From Vicugna vicugna (taxonomy: Eukaryota): a DNA stretch of 64,000 nucleotides. Under the pieces are notes generated by a model. That model saw nothing but the letters and a program-made list of their open reading frames with translations. It had not been told where the DNA came from and did no database searches. The stretch covers positions 5,397,050 through 5,461,049 of the forward strand of contig MU058781.1 of NCBI GenBank assembly GCA_013265495.1, given 5' to 3'. Made by a program: the position numbers and the translations under genes. Below, one piece after another: positions 62,676 through 64,000 of the stretch. Each line of letters opens with the position of its first letter. Positions within the stretch are counted from its first letter, which is position 1.

Positions 62676-64000
62676 CTGAACAAAACTAAAACCAGATCCT
62701 CTAAGGTGGGAAATAAGAAGTAAACATTCCATATAGTGTAGGCAGGAGGACTCTCACCTTCTCTAGAATCACTCCTTGTAATTACTATTGTTGCCTCCAC
62801 ATTGTCCCGAGAGTGGTTCTATTTACTTTAAAACTCAGATCCAAGTGAGATCCTGAGGCCATTCCCACCATATTCTGTATGAAGTTAAAAGAGGGCTGGG
62901 CTGTTTGGGCAAGTTTTACAAACAGTTAAGGGATAGCCAAGGGCAATTACACAAAAACTAATAGGTCAGCACAAGACCTGGTTTGCAATCTGGACCCAGC
63001 TCTTGCGTTGACACCAGTTTGCCACCAACCACCGAGAAGTATGTGCCCAGACTCTTCTCCTGGAAGTCTGGGCCCTAGGAAGGGCAGGATCTCCTGCCTG
63101 TTCTAAGCTGGGAAATTCCTACAACGCCCACCTAATCAGTGCTGTGTTCCTGGGCTCTAGCAGCTAAAATGTCTCTGACGGAGGGAAATGTAGGGTGAGG
63201 ATCTGAGGTTCAGATCCACCAAGGCAAATTGGTAGAGACAAGGCTGCTTCCCCTCACCCTGGGAGGCAGATGGCTTCCTGTCCAGCCTCTCCCAGGAATT
63301 CTGAACCAGGGGAGAGAAGAGGGAGGAAAAAGCAGCCAGTAGAGGGTACTGGAAATTTATAGCGACTGAGAGATTCCCAGGGAGAAAGTAGACCTTTGTG
63401 TTCAAGTCAATTTCAAATCATCACAATCTCCAGAAACACAGCAAGGACAAAATATTGAATAACTGAAATAGGGGACAGATTTGCATACCAAGTGATATAA
63501 ACTATGCACATGGCAGCCATAATAAGTGAGCTGGGAAGAGGTGGTGTGATTGAAGCTTAGTGAGAAGTTGCCTCACCTTAAAGCACGCCAAGTTTTCTAT
63601 CTTGTTTATTAAAAAGCTTGTGGATTTTTCCAACATATACAGCTGACCTCATGTCCTTTTGCTACTTCTGTAGCATTTCTAACAGTTGTCCCTTTATCTC
63701 TGGAAGACTGATACTCCCTCAATGTGCCACTGATTTTGGGAACGGCCACCCCCACCAAGTTCTGTGTCACACCCACTCACTCAGTGTATCATGTTGGCTC
63801 CTCTTTTACAGAAAGGCATGCTCAGATATGGTGTGAGGGGCAGGAAAGAGGTGTCATTCCAGATCAGTTGGGTAGAACACCTACTAGTTAGGAGACGTTT
63901 GTGAGTTTGAGCCTCGGGCACACTGGGTCTGTCCTCTGTTCCATGGCTCCCAAGTGCATCCTCAGCATGTATCTGCCCAACTTCATTCAAGATCAGAGTG

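Overview
Non-coding, repeat-rich mammalian genomic DNA, most likely camelid (camel/alpaca), judged from a Vic-1-like tRNA-derived SINE at 44209-44332. I recognise no host protein-coding exon, RNA gene or CRISPR array. The only recognisable protein sequence is a fragment of LINE-1 ORF2 (56093-57088); the other ORFs in the track look like chance or repeat-derived frames. Much of the window is transposon debris (MIR, L2, L1M, MLT1/MLT2, MER68/77-like, ERV1-type solo LTRs, MER5, Tigger). Family names come from my recollection of consensus sequences, not from a search, and old-repeat boundaries are approximate. I do not find a convincing new biological system. The most notable structures are: a 50/51-bp inverted repeat (34119-34334); a 130-bp, 90%-identical inverted duplication about 10 kb apart (19115-19244 vs 29068-29197); a CpG-rich LTR-like promoter cassette beside an assembly gap (21531-22020); a tail-less internal L1 fragment inside a MIR; a 3x94-bp tandem triplication; and some speculative minus-strand exons.
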